From Nymphaea colorata (taxonomy: Eukaryota): 64,000 nt of DNA. The translations under genes and the position numbers were made by a program. Positions 12,177 to 25,490 of this stretch are shown piece by piece (position 1 is the first letter of the stretch; every line of letters begins with the position of its first letter). The stretch lies in NCBI RefSeq assembly GCF_008831285.2, contig NC_045138.2:32426001-32490000 (forward strand), in the 5' to 3' direction. The notes beneath the pieces were generated by a model. It saw only the letters and a list, made by a program, of their open reading frames with translations, was not told where the DNA came from and did no database searches.

Positions 12177-15100
12177 CTGCCATTTTCATTCATCCCTCTT
12201 TTCAATGGGTCCTATGTTCTTTGCCATAAATTCACATTAAAAATAGAGATGAAAGACATTACAAATGTTCTTAGCTGAGACATGGATTAATTGCTTACCA
12301 AAACAGGTAATATGCACAAAAAATTGTGTATAGTAGTGTGTAATAACCAAAATATCTTTATTTAAGTGAACACAAAAGCTTTGTAGGAAGAAAAAAGGAT
12401 TATGAAAAAATCTAAAATATGCATTTATTTCTTTATAGAAAATTTGGAAAATACCCCAACTCCCTTCTTTTCCCTCTAGTGTATATTTGTGTATGCACGC
12501 CCCTGCGCACATAAGTAGACCTCGTTTCTTACTCGGTTGAACTGTCTGTGCAATAAATCTTATTTTCTGAAATTGGGAAATTCAGTTTCAGGAGAATAGT
12601 GCATTTTTAAAAAGTTTAATGTCAAAATGTTCCTAAAGACGATGATGTTCTATCGGCAACCTAATCCACAAAATATGGTTAAACAATGCTTGTGGAGAAT
12701 GAGAAAATATGAGTTGTCGCTATTACTCAGTATAGCCACAGAAAAAAAACGCGTTCAAACATGTTGAAAACTAAGCGAAAACACATTTTTGTTCAAAAAA
12801 CAAAACAAAAAGACACATTTTATTCGTGTTTTTATCCCATTTTTCCCTTTTTGTCATTTTCCTTTTTTATAACTTTTCGTGTCTTTTGTAGTTTTTAACT
12901 ACCAGATTTTTAATTTTCCATTTTTAAATTTTAGTTTTAAGATTTTGTGATATTTGTGGCTCTGTTTTTCAGTCAAGATTTCCGTGTCATCCTATGAACC
13001 TACTTCTGGGGCCGTGTTTGATCAGTCACTTAATTTTCTCTAACAATTGTGGCTGGGCTCTCCCTTGCAACAAATTTGAACTGGGCGATAAAAAAAAAAA
13101 GTACCTGGAGAAGGCCCCGACACTCTTTGGAAGTAGTTGCAGTAGAGCGGAGATAGTCTTTGCAGCGAGAACCGCTCTGAGTGCGAGACGATACGTTCAA
13201 GTCTGAGCCACCTGGACCTCATGTTTTCATATCCGAACCGAAATATTTCTGATCCATTCTTCTCCAGGGCTACGTTCAGAAGCTTGAGTGCTCTGAGCTG
13301 GGAGTCATGAGAAACAGACAGGGTGTTCAAGTCGACATAGTCCATCATTCTCTGAAACACACCTTTGTCCTTTACTATTGCCCACCTAGAGAGAGAGAGA
13401 GAGAGAGAGGGTTTGGTGCCATGATACAATAATGATGTTGTTCAGAAGAAAAGAAGAAGCAGAGCCATTGCAGGAGAAAAATCAGATTGCAGTTCTAACG
13501 ATATAGGTTATCCAATCGAAACCTGCATTAAAATTAAAGGACTTAAGTCGATAGATTGGAATTGATTGTTCATATTGGATCATGTCTTCCTCCTAATCTG
13601 CACTACAAAAGCATGCAATGGGATTGGCCTAAGTATGATCTTTCATGAACTTTCTCATAGAACATAATGTTAAATGGCTACAAGTGGATCTAGATCCAGC
13701 ACGGAAGCCATAAAACTGCTTGCAGTCTTGACCAAGAAATTAAAATCTAGGAGATTGCCTTGAAAACTACACCTATGATGGACCGCAAGATTGCTGAGGA
13801 GTGAGGATCCAGACCTACATGGAGTCTGGAGAGGAGGTGCTATGCCCGGAGTTGATCTGGTAGGTGTCCAGCATGGGGTGTTGTGTATTAAAAATGCATA
13901 ATGTGGCTCTTAAATGCTTACCCAAGTCTGCTACCAGCATGGCCTGTGAGCTTGGACATGGTGAAAAGCATCACATCATCATCTGCAGGCTCACTGATAG
14001 CCGTGAAATGTGGCCAATAGTAAGCATGGTCATGGATCGTGGTGGTGTTGGGGCCCTTCAGAACTGCTCGGTTAAGTTGGCCATCTGGATTGTTTGGCGA
14101 GGTCACAAACTCCACAAACCTTGTGTTTGGCACACTAGACCGGTTGATCTTCCATGAATATGCATCTCCTTGCCACTCAAATTCACCAGACTTGAAAAGA
14201 TCTGTTTGCAGTTGATAAGCCTGTAGAACAAGAAAATTCTTGATCATTCATATTGTCCTCATATTCATAAGGAAATAAGGGCATTTAGAGCTCTATTGGC
14301 CCCAGGCTGATGTTCGTTTTGATCGTTCACAGGCTCGACCGAAGATTATAGGCTTGAAATCAGAAGCATATCACATTATATTAGTCATTTTTGGTTTCTC
14401 AATTTAGCAGAAGAGTTTAAAGCCTTAACCATTTCATACTCTAGCAGGCCGCCATTACTTGTTGAAAAACAGAAGTTGCCTTTTAGTGTTGGAGTTTGCT
14501 TTTAAAGAGAAAAGTGTTCTGAAGCATACCCCATAGTAGGGAACGGCAGACACCACTTTGGCAGGAGAAGCATGAGAAGGAGGAGGGCATGAGAGGGCAT
14601 GAACTGCTGCAGTAAAGAGTTGGGTGGAACCATGTCCAAACACTATGAACCTACCATCAGTGACTGCATTTCCTACCACCTTGTGGAGTTCCCTGATAGC
14701 TCTTTCTAGTCTGGCAGATTTCCGAGACCCATGGCCGAAGCTGTAGCTCATCCGGTGCCAACCTGTTAACATTATGGCACTACTGCCTCGCTTTTTCATC
14801 CAAAATGGCTCCAAGAATAGTGGATCGCCACTGAAAATACAATAAGCCCTCCTAATTAATAATTAGGATGATTAAATTAAAAGATCCAGCACAAACTCCC
14901 TCCTCTTCCTCTCGTTCATATGCTGCTATGCATATATATGTTCCATAAGTGCACACATGCCCACACACAGAGCAGCAATAATTGGTCATGATTCAATGGT
15001 TTTCCTTTCTAATGATCAAGTATTTTGCAGATCAGATCGTTTAAATTTAGTTTTTACAGTTTTGTTAGTGAAGATATCTTAGCCTCAATCTGCCTGCTTG

Positions 15101-15943
15101 GCTACTGTTGAAGGAGACGTTGGAAGCTGTTCGAGATGATCAACGGCAGGCCCATCAAGCAAAACTGCCATGGGATGCATTAGTTAACATTTAACACCTA
15201 GAGAAGGGATTGATCATCAATTTCCCCATGGAGCACCCTAACAAATTCGAGTTGCGGATATAGAACTAAGTTTGCAAATGCATGTTCCAAGACATTTTTA
15301 GAGCAATGTTGGACACAGTACAGGCTATCTAATTAGTCGTCATTTAATGAAAATTTCCATTTGAAATAGGTAAGGTTAGAAAATTAAATGCGTCATATCT
15401 TTGCATTTTTTTTATACATTGCGTATGTACAGATTTTTTGGTTAATAAACTTTCTTTAAGCTATTCAATGCTTATTTCTCGAATAATTCGACCTCATTAA
15501 AGGGTTAAAAGTGCCATGCATATATCGGAAAGGGAATTCGATTGATTCGTTAATATATTTTACTTTGAAAGTATTCGTATAACATGTTCTTTTCTTCATT
15601 TAGAACCGATTCAATTAATCAGCAGCCTCTTGGACTCGGTTCACAAATAGATGTTTATGCTGGTTGGTACCTCTACATGATTAGCATGATATATTTATTA
15701 AAATATCGACGTCGTGGTATTCTTTTCCAAACTCCCTATTTAAAATATACATTGGAGAATTATTTCTATATTGTTGTTAAATGGTTATGATCATGACGAT
15801 TGTTTATGATGAAGCGTACCGATAGAAAACAGTTACCACGATTGTTTATGATGGAGCATTAATTCATTATACTTTCAACTACAGTCTGCAGTGCTTTCAA
15901 TGAATATTCAACATTTGATGATTTTGACAGATTTGAACAAACA

Positions 15944-15974
<31 letters not shown>

Positions 15975-17915
15975 AGAAATTTGAATGGTGACTCTACCTT
16001 TTAAAAGTCACCACCATCTAATGCAATATGATGGACAATTAAAAAAATAAGAAAGAAAAAGTAATAGACATTTTTATCGTTTAATATTAGTTTACATTTT
16101 TTTCTTTTTGTTTTTTTGCTCAACTATACATATGTTTTAGATGTAATGCTTTAGTTAGATGGTTGGATAACTTTAATTACATATATATAATTATTTTATA
16201 AGTCTGGAGGGGAACCACATGTGGGCAGTCCAACAAAATTCTCATATTAGTTAATCTAAATTTTTTATATATTTACATATCAAATAGACCAAAGATATAC
16301 CGTGGGTGCCCCTGCTCAGTGCTCTGCATAGAGGTGGATAGGGGAGGGAGCAGGGAAAAAAAATTCAAATTTACACATATTGCTTTAAATTTCATTTATC
16401 ATACATAAAAGTTTTGAAAATTTTATTTTAGCCTCTCTACTAAATTTTGAAACTATAATTCATCTTCCTTGAAAAAAAAAAAAATTATGCCCACGCCCGT
16501 GGAGGTGGGCCTTAGAATGAATCTCAACTAAAATATCCTTTTTTTTTCTCTCCCTCTGCCGGACGAAATCATCTTTACACGCAAGAGTAAAGAGTAAAGT
16601 AGCGACGGGGGCCGGTGAGGAAGGCGACAAAGGTGATTCATTCAGGTAGCTTTCCAACTAAAGTCTACAAATATTAACATAATCTGGACGACATTGGACT
16701 CCGGCGGCCTTTTGAGGGCCGGCTATCATCGATGTTCTTAGAATCCAATTATGAAATAAAAAGGCCAGCAAAGATTCCCTTTATTTGGAACCATATTAAC
16801 TTAATTTTATATTTTTTAACTAAAACTAAAGAGCAAAGAGCTTAAAAGTAATATAACAAAATGGACATGCATCGCCATTAAATCAAATGGAGGATGGAAT
16901 AAGAAAAAGCTTGAACTTGAGGCTGATTCACATCGATTTCAGACTGAACTATTGTTAATTATTCAAATATCAAAGGAGGAGACCATGGAAGATCTTCGTT
17001 CCTTTGTTACAAATATGGTTTTTGGGTTTTTAAGGGCGAGATTTTTCTCAAGTTTTTAAGCGCAAAGTTTGTTTTTTTAGAAAAATCTTGGAAAATTTTA
17101 AAAATAAAAAAAATTAGGTATAAATGAAATAAATGGGAAACTAATAGGAAAGCATAAATAAAACTATAATATTACAGTGATAAAAGGAATGTTTGAATGA
17201 TAATAAAAATAATGAAAATAATTTAGTTTAAGTTTATATTCGAATCTTGTAAATTTCTTGTACAATCTGCAAACAAAAGAGGAGTATTAATCACTGAAGC
17301 CCCGGCGCCAAGTGGGCGGTCGTGGGGTTGTTTGAAAGGCGGGAAAAGAACTCGCGACTTTTTATTAGTTTCAATTTTTTTTGGGACCTCGCCACTCCAT
17401 TCGATTTCCAATTTTCACAAAACAGAGACAGAAGGTGTCGTGTCTTGTTAAATCTGTTTTCCATATGGAGGCAGTTTAATCTTCCCCGTCTAGAATTCTA
17501 TCCGACTTACTTTTGGAATCATCCCCGTGACGAGACGGAATGATCGGGAACAACAATAGGAGAAGAAATAACAGGAGAAAGGAACAGAAAAAGGCAATGA
17601 AAAGGGTTACCTGTTGACCTCTGCGGCGCAATCAGGCAAGAATTCCGAGCAATCGGCTCCAGCGTAGCATGAATTGCAGTCACAGACGAGGGAGCCGTCC
17701 TCCGAGAGATCTCCGTCCAGGAAGGCACGGCCATGACCGGAGCAAGAGACCATAGCGGCGGCTTCAGCCTCCGCCGCAGCCTCTCGGCTCCACGTAAGCT
17801 CGTCATCACGGCGGAAGAATGGAGAGGCACGAAGAAAGAGAGAGGCGAGAATGAGGTTGAGAGAGAGGGAGCAGAGGAGTAGCGAGGGATGCTCTCTTCC
17901 TCCTTCGGCAGCCAT
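11965..17915 (-). CDS. TAR3/TAR4: Alliinase-family PLP enzyme / tryptophan aminotransferase-related protein with N-terminal EGF-like domain (TAR3/TAR4-like), 5 exons, about 465 aa
   Basis: Exons 17915-17611, 14830-14530, 14220-13922, 13385-13105 and 12176-11965. All introns are GT-AG with consistent phases (1398 nt total). Motifs: SCSGHGRAFLDG, SGDPLFLEPFW, VTSPNNPDG, DHAYYWPHF, PLP-lysine SKLTGHAGSR, YVRLSL. An alternative upstream ATG lies at 17954. Confidence 0.93.
13105..13385 (-). CDS. TAR-like gene exon 4
   Basis: WAIVKDKGVF...LKLLNVALEKNGS...YCNYFQRVSGPSP; AG acceptor and GT donor present. Confidence 0.92.
13922..14220 (-). CDS. TAR-like gene exon 3 (contains the PLP lysine)
   Basis: AYQLQTDLF...VTSPNNPDG...SKLTGHAGSRL; AG acceptor and GT donor present. 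Confidence 0.92.
14530..14830 (-). CDS. TAR-like gene exon 2
   Basis: (S)GDPLFLEPFW...FIVFGHGSTQL...VPYYG; AG acceptor and GT donor present. Confidence 0.92.
17611..17915 (-). CDS. TAR-like gene exon 1 (hydrophobic signal/anchor plus EGF-like domain)
   Basis: MAAEGGREHPSLLLCSLSLNLILASLFL...CDCNSCYAGADCSEFLPDCAAEVN; donor GTAACC at 17610. Confidence 0.9.
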
Positions 17916-18079
17916 ATCTCCCAGCCCTTTGTTCATTAATGTCTTGTCAACCATACTAATAGCTCCTTAGTGCTGAAAACAGAGGTCCCAATAATTTAGC
18001 GGGGGGAAGAAATTTCAGGGAAGCGCACATATTTTTCAAAAATCTAAAATGGGCCTAATTGAATTTTCAGAAAAGTTAA

Positions 18080-18630
18080 ATCAATATTTTCTTTGTAATT
18101 TTCATGAGTAAAATCATGCATCTGTTAAAAAAATTTTAATAATTTCATAGCCACAAGCCCCATTGTGTTCCGCCACTTGTAGAAACAGTACATTCATTTT
18201 TTTTACAATATTTATTTAGAAGAAGCTACCTTTAATATAAAACCCTCAAAGTCATGCTAAGAAGGTCATACCCACACGCTTCCAAGTTTGTGACTTGTTT
18301 TGAGGCGGACATAACTAAGAGTTACGCATAAAAGTATCACAAAATTCATCAATTTTTTTTTTGTAACTTTAATGAGAAAAATCATGTATCTCCTATAAAA
18401 ATTTTAATAATTCCCTAAAGCCACAAGCCCCATTGTGTTCTGCCACTTGTGGAAACAGTACATTTTTTTTTATATAATATTTATTTAATATAAAACCCTC
18501 AAAGTCATACCATATGCTGGAAAGAAGGTCATACATACCCACACGCTTCCAAGTTTGTGATTTGTTTTGGGGTGAACATGACTAAAAGTTCACGCCAACA
18601 TTTGCAGCCCATAGAAGTAGCACAAAATAA
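18080..18630. repeat. ~270-bp tandem duplication just upstream of the TAR-like gene
   Basis: Two diverged copies sharing AGCCACAAGCCCCATTGTGTTC, AAACCCTCAAAGTCAT and CATACCCACACGCTTCCAAGTTTGTGA. Confidence 0.85.
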
Positions 18631-18909
18631 CATGATAGCAAAACTTTGCCTTATCACCACCTCATTGCCTTCCGCCCTTTGAACAAAACTGCACCCTCCA
18701 TTTAAATACAGCCAAATGTATCAGCATGGAATCCTTTAAGAGATAAGATAGTTTTTTTGGAGGCTTAGGAAAGCCACTTCTCAACCAACCACAAACCAAA
18801 AGTGCTCCCCACCAAAACCAAGCTACCAAAAAATTACCTTCAAAAGACTAATACACACTATTGGATGCCAGCCCAAACAAATATCCAGATTGTGTTGTTC
18901 CTCTCGTGG

Positions 18910-19390
18910 ATAAGGCTGTTCACGAGTCGAGTTCGAGCTAAGTTGAGCTGCTATGAACTTCATTTGGATGTCTTAAACAAAACTCAAGTTAGGCTTGAGC
19001 TTGAGCCCAGTTAAGGTTTTAGAAACTTGAACTCGGGTCGACTCGAATTCTAGAAACTTAAACTCGGGTCGGCTCGAGCAAGGGATTGGCTTGAGCTGAG
19101 CCGAGCATTTCATTAAAAATTTTAAGTTTTTAAAGAATTAGTCAGTGTGAAGATTTGAAACCATAAAAAAGAGTCAACATGAAGTTTTGAAACTATAAAG
19201 GGTGCAGCATGAGGTTTTGAACTGACTAACTTTAAACATATTATAATATAGCTTTTTCGGTTTAACGGAGTCAAGCCGAGCCTGCTTGACTCTTTTATAC
19301 AATCAAGTTTATTTTTTAAGTCGAACGTCTCATTTAATAAACTAGTCAAGAGTTAGCTGCTTCTCGTGGAACAAGCGAGAGGGCTTGCAG
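18910..19390. mobile_element. Probable non-autonomous DNA transposon/MITE with GCTCGAG-type subterminal motifs
   Basis: Clusters of (G)CTCGA/TCGAGC/GCTTGAGC motifs flank an AT-rich core. A similar stretch lies at about 10530-10790. No TIR or TSD was pinned down. Confidence 0.4.
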
Positions 19391-19669
19391 CTTTAATGCC
19401 AGCAAGTCTCCCTTCTGCACCAAATTTTTGGTCCTTGAATCTGCATGTGATATAACAAGTGATATTGTTGCTTTTTGTGTCCAAGGGAACGCATGCTACT
19501 GATATCCAACTCTCGTTGTCTTCATGTAACTTTGAAATCTTTAATCGAATAGAGTAAACCAGATGGGTAGGACAGTTAACACCACATATTGGAAATCTTT
19601 ATATTGCTTATTTGCTTTGACTAAATTAAACTGAAAATATAAAATGTCCAATTGAGTGAAGAGCTACGT

Positions 19670-19890
19670 GGTGCGGGTGCGATACATCTCAAAAAATTAC
19701 GGTGCGGCGAAGATATTTATTATTATTATTAATTTATTAATATAATATATTAATAATATCAAATTTGATAAAAAAACTAAAAAAAAACTAAAATCAAGGT
19801 GCAGGTGCGAATCTGGGTCGCAGCCGCACCCGCACCAACACCCGCATTACATCGACGTGGGTGCATCACCAGGGTTGCCGCACCCTGGTG
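19670..19890. mobile_element. Probable MITE with GGTGCG/CGCACC subterminal motifs
   Basis: GGTGCGGGTGCG on the left, CGCACCCGCACC on the right, AT-rich centre. Confidence 0.4.
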
Positions 19891-20155
19891 ACATAGCTGA
19901 GCATGGGGTCATTCAGACGCTCGAAACCGAAGCCCAACTAGGCAGACCCACTATCGGGAATACTCGGTACCTATTGGGTACACGGGCCAGATGCCCTGGT
20001 TAGTACACTCTTAAAGGTGTTACACCAATCCCCTCTTATCCTTTATACCCATATGTCTGTTCGAACTTGTATCATTAAGCACATTTAACCTTCAAATCTG
20101 ACCTGTTGACACAAAAGAAAGAAGGATGACAAAAACTTTACTACGATTGTAGAAA

Positions 20156-20186
<31 letters not shown>

Positions 20187-20914
20187 TGGGGAATATGAAG
20201 GACTGACGTCCCAATTCCTTTTTCAAAAGATGGAGTTACGTGCACGGTTGTGCACGATGCATAGCTTTTAGGGTACGACATCTATACTCGTGGCTCACTT
20301 TCGTTGGGCCATGGCTCACTTTTGTGAGTACCTGTCATGTACAGGTCCAATGCAAATGTGCACGCATATAACCAGTTTCACCTTTCAAAACATACCTTAA
20401 GCAATATTTCAGATTACTTTATGGTTGTCTGGTGAAACAGAAATGCAGATGTGTCCATGATTGTCTTTATTAGGTTTAACTGGTCGGCGAGCACAGAACA
20501 AGATATTCAATGTAATCGGATTTGGAATTCCAGAGATCTGGAGTTGGTTCAGATTTGAAATTAGAATTGGAGGCCAAGCTATCCCATTACTAACCAGATC
20601 CAATTTTCCTTATCAAACCCCATGATCGATTCAAGATATGACTTGGTAACTGGACAACTCCATCCTATAAAAAGAGCCCGCTTCCTTTCCCTTTTATTTT
20701 TTTTGCCTTTAGGATCTTAGGCTGCATCGATATTAATGATGGGAATGGTGTTGTTTTCTTGTGTCTGTTTGAGAGTCTGTACAGTCCTTTGTCGCACGAA
20801 CTGAAAGAGTCACTCTTCAACTTAGATACTGCGTCCCACCACTTCAACAAAACCCGAAGTGGTCAAACTGGATGGGGTAAAAGTTTGGTTGATGGAAATG
20901 GCAGCCGACGTAAG

Positions 20915-21085
20915 GTAGCACGCATAGACCTCACAGATCCATATCAAAAGGTAGTGGCTTGGATCCATTTTTCTCCAAGTAGACGTTTAGAAGCTTAAGC
21001 GGCCAGAAATGATTGTCACGTGAAAGCTTTCATAGACCTTGGCGTTGTAGTTGAGGACACTCTTTTCCCTTTTTGCTACGAGCTG
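20915..21085 (-). pseudogene. Highly diverged relic of TAR-like exon 4
   Basis: Minus-strand LSRDNHFWPLKLLNVYLEKNGS versus VSHDSQLRALKLLNVALEKNGS in exon 4. Flanks show weaker similarity (REKSVL vs KDKGVF; F-Y..VRS vs FGYENMRS) across frameshifts. Confidence 0.6.
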
Positions 21086-23836
21086 TTTTCTGACAAAACG
21101 AAAATCATCCAAAAATTTATTTATTTCATTTGTGAGTGCGTCAAAGTTTGGTTTCAAATAAAGGAAAAGCAAATTCTTTTAATGAAATTTTTGTCTTTTT
21201 TTTTTCCATTCCAAGATAAATGATCTAGTGGATGAGATCGTGGTGGCCTCCCAACATCTAGTAAGAATGTGTTTCGATCCGGATGTGAATTAAAAATTTG
21301 ATGTGGGTTGGATTGGATTCAGATTTGAATTCGGATTCAAGGTCAGAAATGGTATAGACTTTCTTTTATCCGAAATTTGAATTCAAATGTGTAGACATAA
21401 AAAAAAAACTATATGGTTAAGAATATAGGTAATTTGAATCCAATTCATTGACATTGCTATTCAATTAAGAACGGTAATAGATAGAATATTATACTGATCG
21501 ACTGAGTTCCAGCCCAGCCCGAACATATAATTTTTTTGTGTCGAGTAAATGCTGGCTCTCAATGGTGCAATTCAAATCCAAAAAAAAACCTCTTTGGCCT
21601 TCCCTCAAAAAAAAAAAAAAAAACAATATTGGTGCCTTCCCAACTTAAAAAATACAATCATATGCTTGGCGGCGGACTCTGATCATGCAGGTGGAGAAGA
21701 AGAAGAAAAATTCACCTTTAGGTAAGCGTAGTCATGAACTGTCTTCACGTTCGGATCCACCATAACCGGTTCGCAACCTGATAATCCGGAATGCCTGGCA
21801 AAGCCACAAGCTCAGTCAAGCATCGCAATTGGATTAGATCCACTGGCCCGCAATCAGTGGTGGAGCCACATATAAGCTAGTATGGGCAGTTGGGCAGAGT
21901 CGCGCCTCTCAACCCAGAATTCCTAGCTCCACTACTGCCCGCAATGTGTACGCACCTTCTTACCACTCAAAGTCTCCTGGTCTCAAAATGTTGCTCTGGA
22001 ATGGGTAGCCCTGTTGAAGAAGATGATTAATGGAATTGGTTTGCATTGTTGCCTTGATCCAAGTGGGTATCCCTGTTCAAGAAGATGATGCATAGAATTG
22101 TTTGGATCCTTGCGCCAATCCAAGCGGGACTGCAGTCAGAGATCTAAACTTGGGGTTCAGATCCAAATTGGACTATGGCAACCCACTTAAAACATGGAAC
22201 CGAATCGGTTCGAGTTCCAGTAGTTTCATATTCCTAGTCATTCTTTTATTTATTGGTCAGAAAATATGCAAATTCAATGGTTTTATTTCTGATTAAACCA
22301 ATGTTGCAGATATTGGTATCAATGTCGAGTGGACTTTAACAATGGTTGGGAGCCGAAGGGAGATCGGAGTTTTTAGTGTCAAAATCTTTTACGTGGGCCA
22401 AATCATAACTTTTGAAAATTTTTATATAGGTGAAACTAAAATTTTCGCTGTATTTTTATTATTTTTTTTAAGTGCATCACATTATATGTAAGGAAAACCA
22501 AAACCTTACCGTTTAAAACTCGAAACAATATTTGTGACTATGCTTGAAAATGCAACAGTAACAAACATAGACATGGAAAAAAAATCCATGACATATTGGA
22601 AAAATGAAAAGGCAAGTATCTAAAATGACATAATAAAATTCTTTGAATCTATTTTCGTGCAAAAGTGCCGCTTCGAATGCATGTTCTCCATACTATGGCT
22701 CTCAGAATAACATGTGCAATTTCCTTTTGAGCTCCCAGCAATTTCTGCTTTACAATCTTCAAGGGTGAACTACATCAACAATAACAATGTATTAACTTGA
22801 TGCTTAAAATATTTATATATTATACACACACATATATATATAAACATATCTAAAATTTGATAAGATAATTTTATCGGGCCTGGCATGATGTCAACTCAAG
22901 CCTAGGCCTCAACCCAACCCGATTTCTTGTCAAGCCTGGACCGGCTAGACCCACTTTATGGCCTGGGTCTGGCTTGGTTTGGGCCGAGGGTCTGAAAGAC
23001 CGACAGCCCCTCGGCCGGGTTCCCAGTCTTACTTACATGTTGATGTACAGTTGTACTTGCTGCTAAATTTAGAAGAAATTCACTGAAAACATTAACGTTA
23101 AACCTTAAAATTTCCAGCCTTGTAAGAACACATAAAGACACAAGAATTTTTTTACTTACGCATAGCGCTTCCAAATTTAAATCATTTTGCTGTACTAGTG
23201 CTAAGCACTATGTGTCGCATTTTAGGTCTATGACATCTAAGTTTTCAAACAGTAGTGGATAAGAGGGGTCTTTCCACCAACTCTATGTCTCAAATGAACC
23301 ACAAGCTTAAGTTATGAAAACTTAGATGCGAATTGGAACCTACGGTTTGTAATGATAAATGTTACGTGGCATCTAATATCAACAATAATATTAAAACCTA
23401 AACTTGCCATCCTTGTTACTCATGCATCGAAATACGAGCTCTTTTACTTATATGTATAGCATTGCCTAAGACATTATTTTCTGGTATTATTCTTTTACAC
23501 ATATAGTTTTCCTTTAAGTATGACCGTTGAAGGACGGATCCTTGTGTCCTTCAGAGCTTCTTAAGGGTGCTCTCAAGGTTTGACAATAGCAAGCTTGCGA
23601 ATCTATGGTAGATGATGAAATTATTTCTTTCGCTTGTTTTCATAAAGAATTATATGTATATGATATACGGTTCGTGGCTTCTGCTTCATATGTGTTTTAT
23701 TTATGTGCTTTCTTACTATTAGATTTGAATGTAGCTTTTACTTTTCTTTTTGAGGCTTTATAGACAATATGGTTCATGGGTTTCCTTTGCTATGTGTTTT
23801 TTTTCACAAAATATGTTCATTTTTATGAAATATTTG

Positions 23837-23837
<1 letters not shown>

Positions 23838-23929
<92 letters not shown>
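23838..23929. repeat. Compound (TA)n(GA)n microsatellite; other (TA)n tracts near 4200, 28170, 28860, 29100, 31310, 44400 and 57500
   Basis: Directly visible dinucleotide runs. Confidence 0.95.
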
Positions 23930-23932
<3 letters not shown>

Positions 23933-24830
23933 CTTTTTGTGCTTTGTGTGGTGAATCATCAGCGAGAGGAGAAGGGGCATGATTTATGGTGTGAGGGAAG
24001 GAAGAGAGAGAGAGGGACTTGGTGGAATGCAGAAGAGAAAAGGCGATTTGTTGGCATGAAGAAGAGAAAAGATTCACGTCAGCTAAGTTGAATAGTTAAT
24101 TATATATTAGTATTATTGAGTATAGTGAAAGTGGCTAATGCAAACTAATAAAGTGGAGAGCTCTCTATTTACTATAGGCCATCTTAATCCTTCTAGCTAT
24201 CACACCATTCTCACCAGATGGAACTTTTTTCCAACGTGGTTTTGGCTTCTCCAACGGAGAAGGGATTGACATTTCGTTTTTTGTTAATTGGTTTTTTATA
24301 TATTTATTAACATACCCCCTTTAGAGCAATGTTTGGGGTACGTGAAAGGGCATCATAATTCATGAAAGAAACATAAACACCCTTTACATTTTTGCTAGTT
24401 TTTGCTAACCATACCAAAGTTAAAGAAAAGAGAATTAAGTTTTATGTTACTAATAAAAATAACCTTCTTCCAATTAGTCTTAAAGTTATTAGTGGTGGGA
24501 TTGATTGATAGAAAAAAAATTAAAATGGCCTTAGAAAATAGACCAATCCACTTTATTAGTTTGCATTAGCCTCAATTAACTACACTCAATAATAATTAAA
24601 ATATAATGAACTATACCTAAGTTGGTTACTTGAATATATTTCTCTTTTGCATGCCGGCAAATCATCTTTTCTAGCTATTATGCAGCAAATAATCTTTTCG
24701 CTTTTGCATTCCACCAAGTCTCTCTCTGTCTCTCTCTTTCTTTTTCTTCCCTCACACTATAAATCATTCTCCTAATCCTCTTGTTGTCGATCCACCATAC
24801 AAAGCAAAACACAAAGAAAATCGCTCTCCC
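23923..24830. mobile_element. Foldback element with ~280-bp imperfect terminal inverted repeats (Mutator/FB-like, non-coding)
   Basis: 24016-24031 is the exact reverse complement of 24705-24720, and 24133-24157 of 24547-24571. Imperfect complementarity extends over both arms. Abuts a (TA)n(GA)n tract. Confidence 0.8.
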
Positions 24831-25033
24831 TTTCCTGCTTTTCTTTGTCTGTTCTTTGTGGCTGGTGTATGGAAGCCAGAGAGGAAGCCATAGATGTTGG
24901 TCATGGAGATCTCGCCTGCATGCATGGCAAGGGAAGCTCCTCGAGCGACGAGTGGGACATGGAGAACTGTTTGATACTGTTGGCACAAAGTGGCAGGAGG
25001 GACGGTTTGTGCCGAACTGCAGGTAGGGAGAGG

Positions 25034-25490
25034 TGTAAGAGTGTGTTACAAGTCGAGCACCAAGGAGGAACGAGAGTATGATTAATTTTCTATATTGTTG
25101 ACTGTTTTGAAATGCTTACAAAATAATATATACAATTGATTTTAACGGCTACAAATAATTGAGAATGGTAACTATACAACAGACAAAATATTTATTTCCA
25201 TTGTCAAGGATTTCCATGTGGAAGGAGATCACCCTTGCTTATGTGTTGATAGAGTAGATCATGCGTGTTCATTGTCATGTAGTGTTCGATTATACAGCAA
25301 CGTCTCTCATGCAAAAGTCATCATGACATGATCAGGTCATGTGTAATGCTCTTATCTTGACACTCCCCCTCAAGCCGGAGCGTGGAGATTTTAAAATCCC
25401 AGTTTGCTTAGTAGATGATGAAATGCTTCTGTTCTTAGGGCTTTAGTAAACAAATCTGCCAATTGATCTTTGTTTCTAAAATAACATGTC
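25034..25490 (-). mobile_element. copia 3' fragment: RNase H tail, PPT and probable 3' LTR
   Basis: Minus strand QLADLFTKALRTEAFHHLLSKLG, then PPT CTTGAGGGGGAG (25363-25374) and TGTCAAG as LTR start. The far LTR end is uncertain. Confidence 0.7.
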
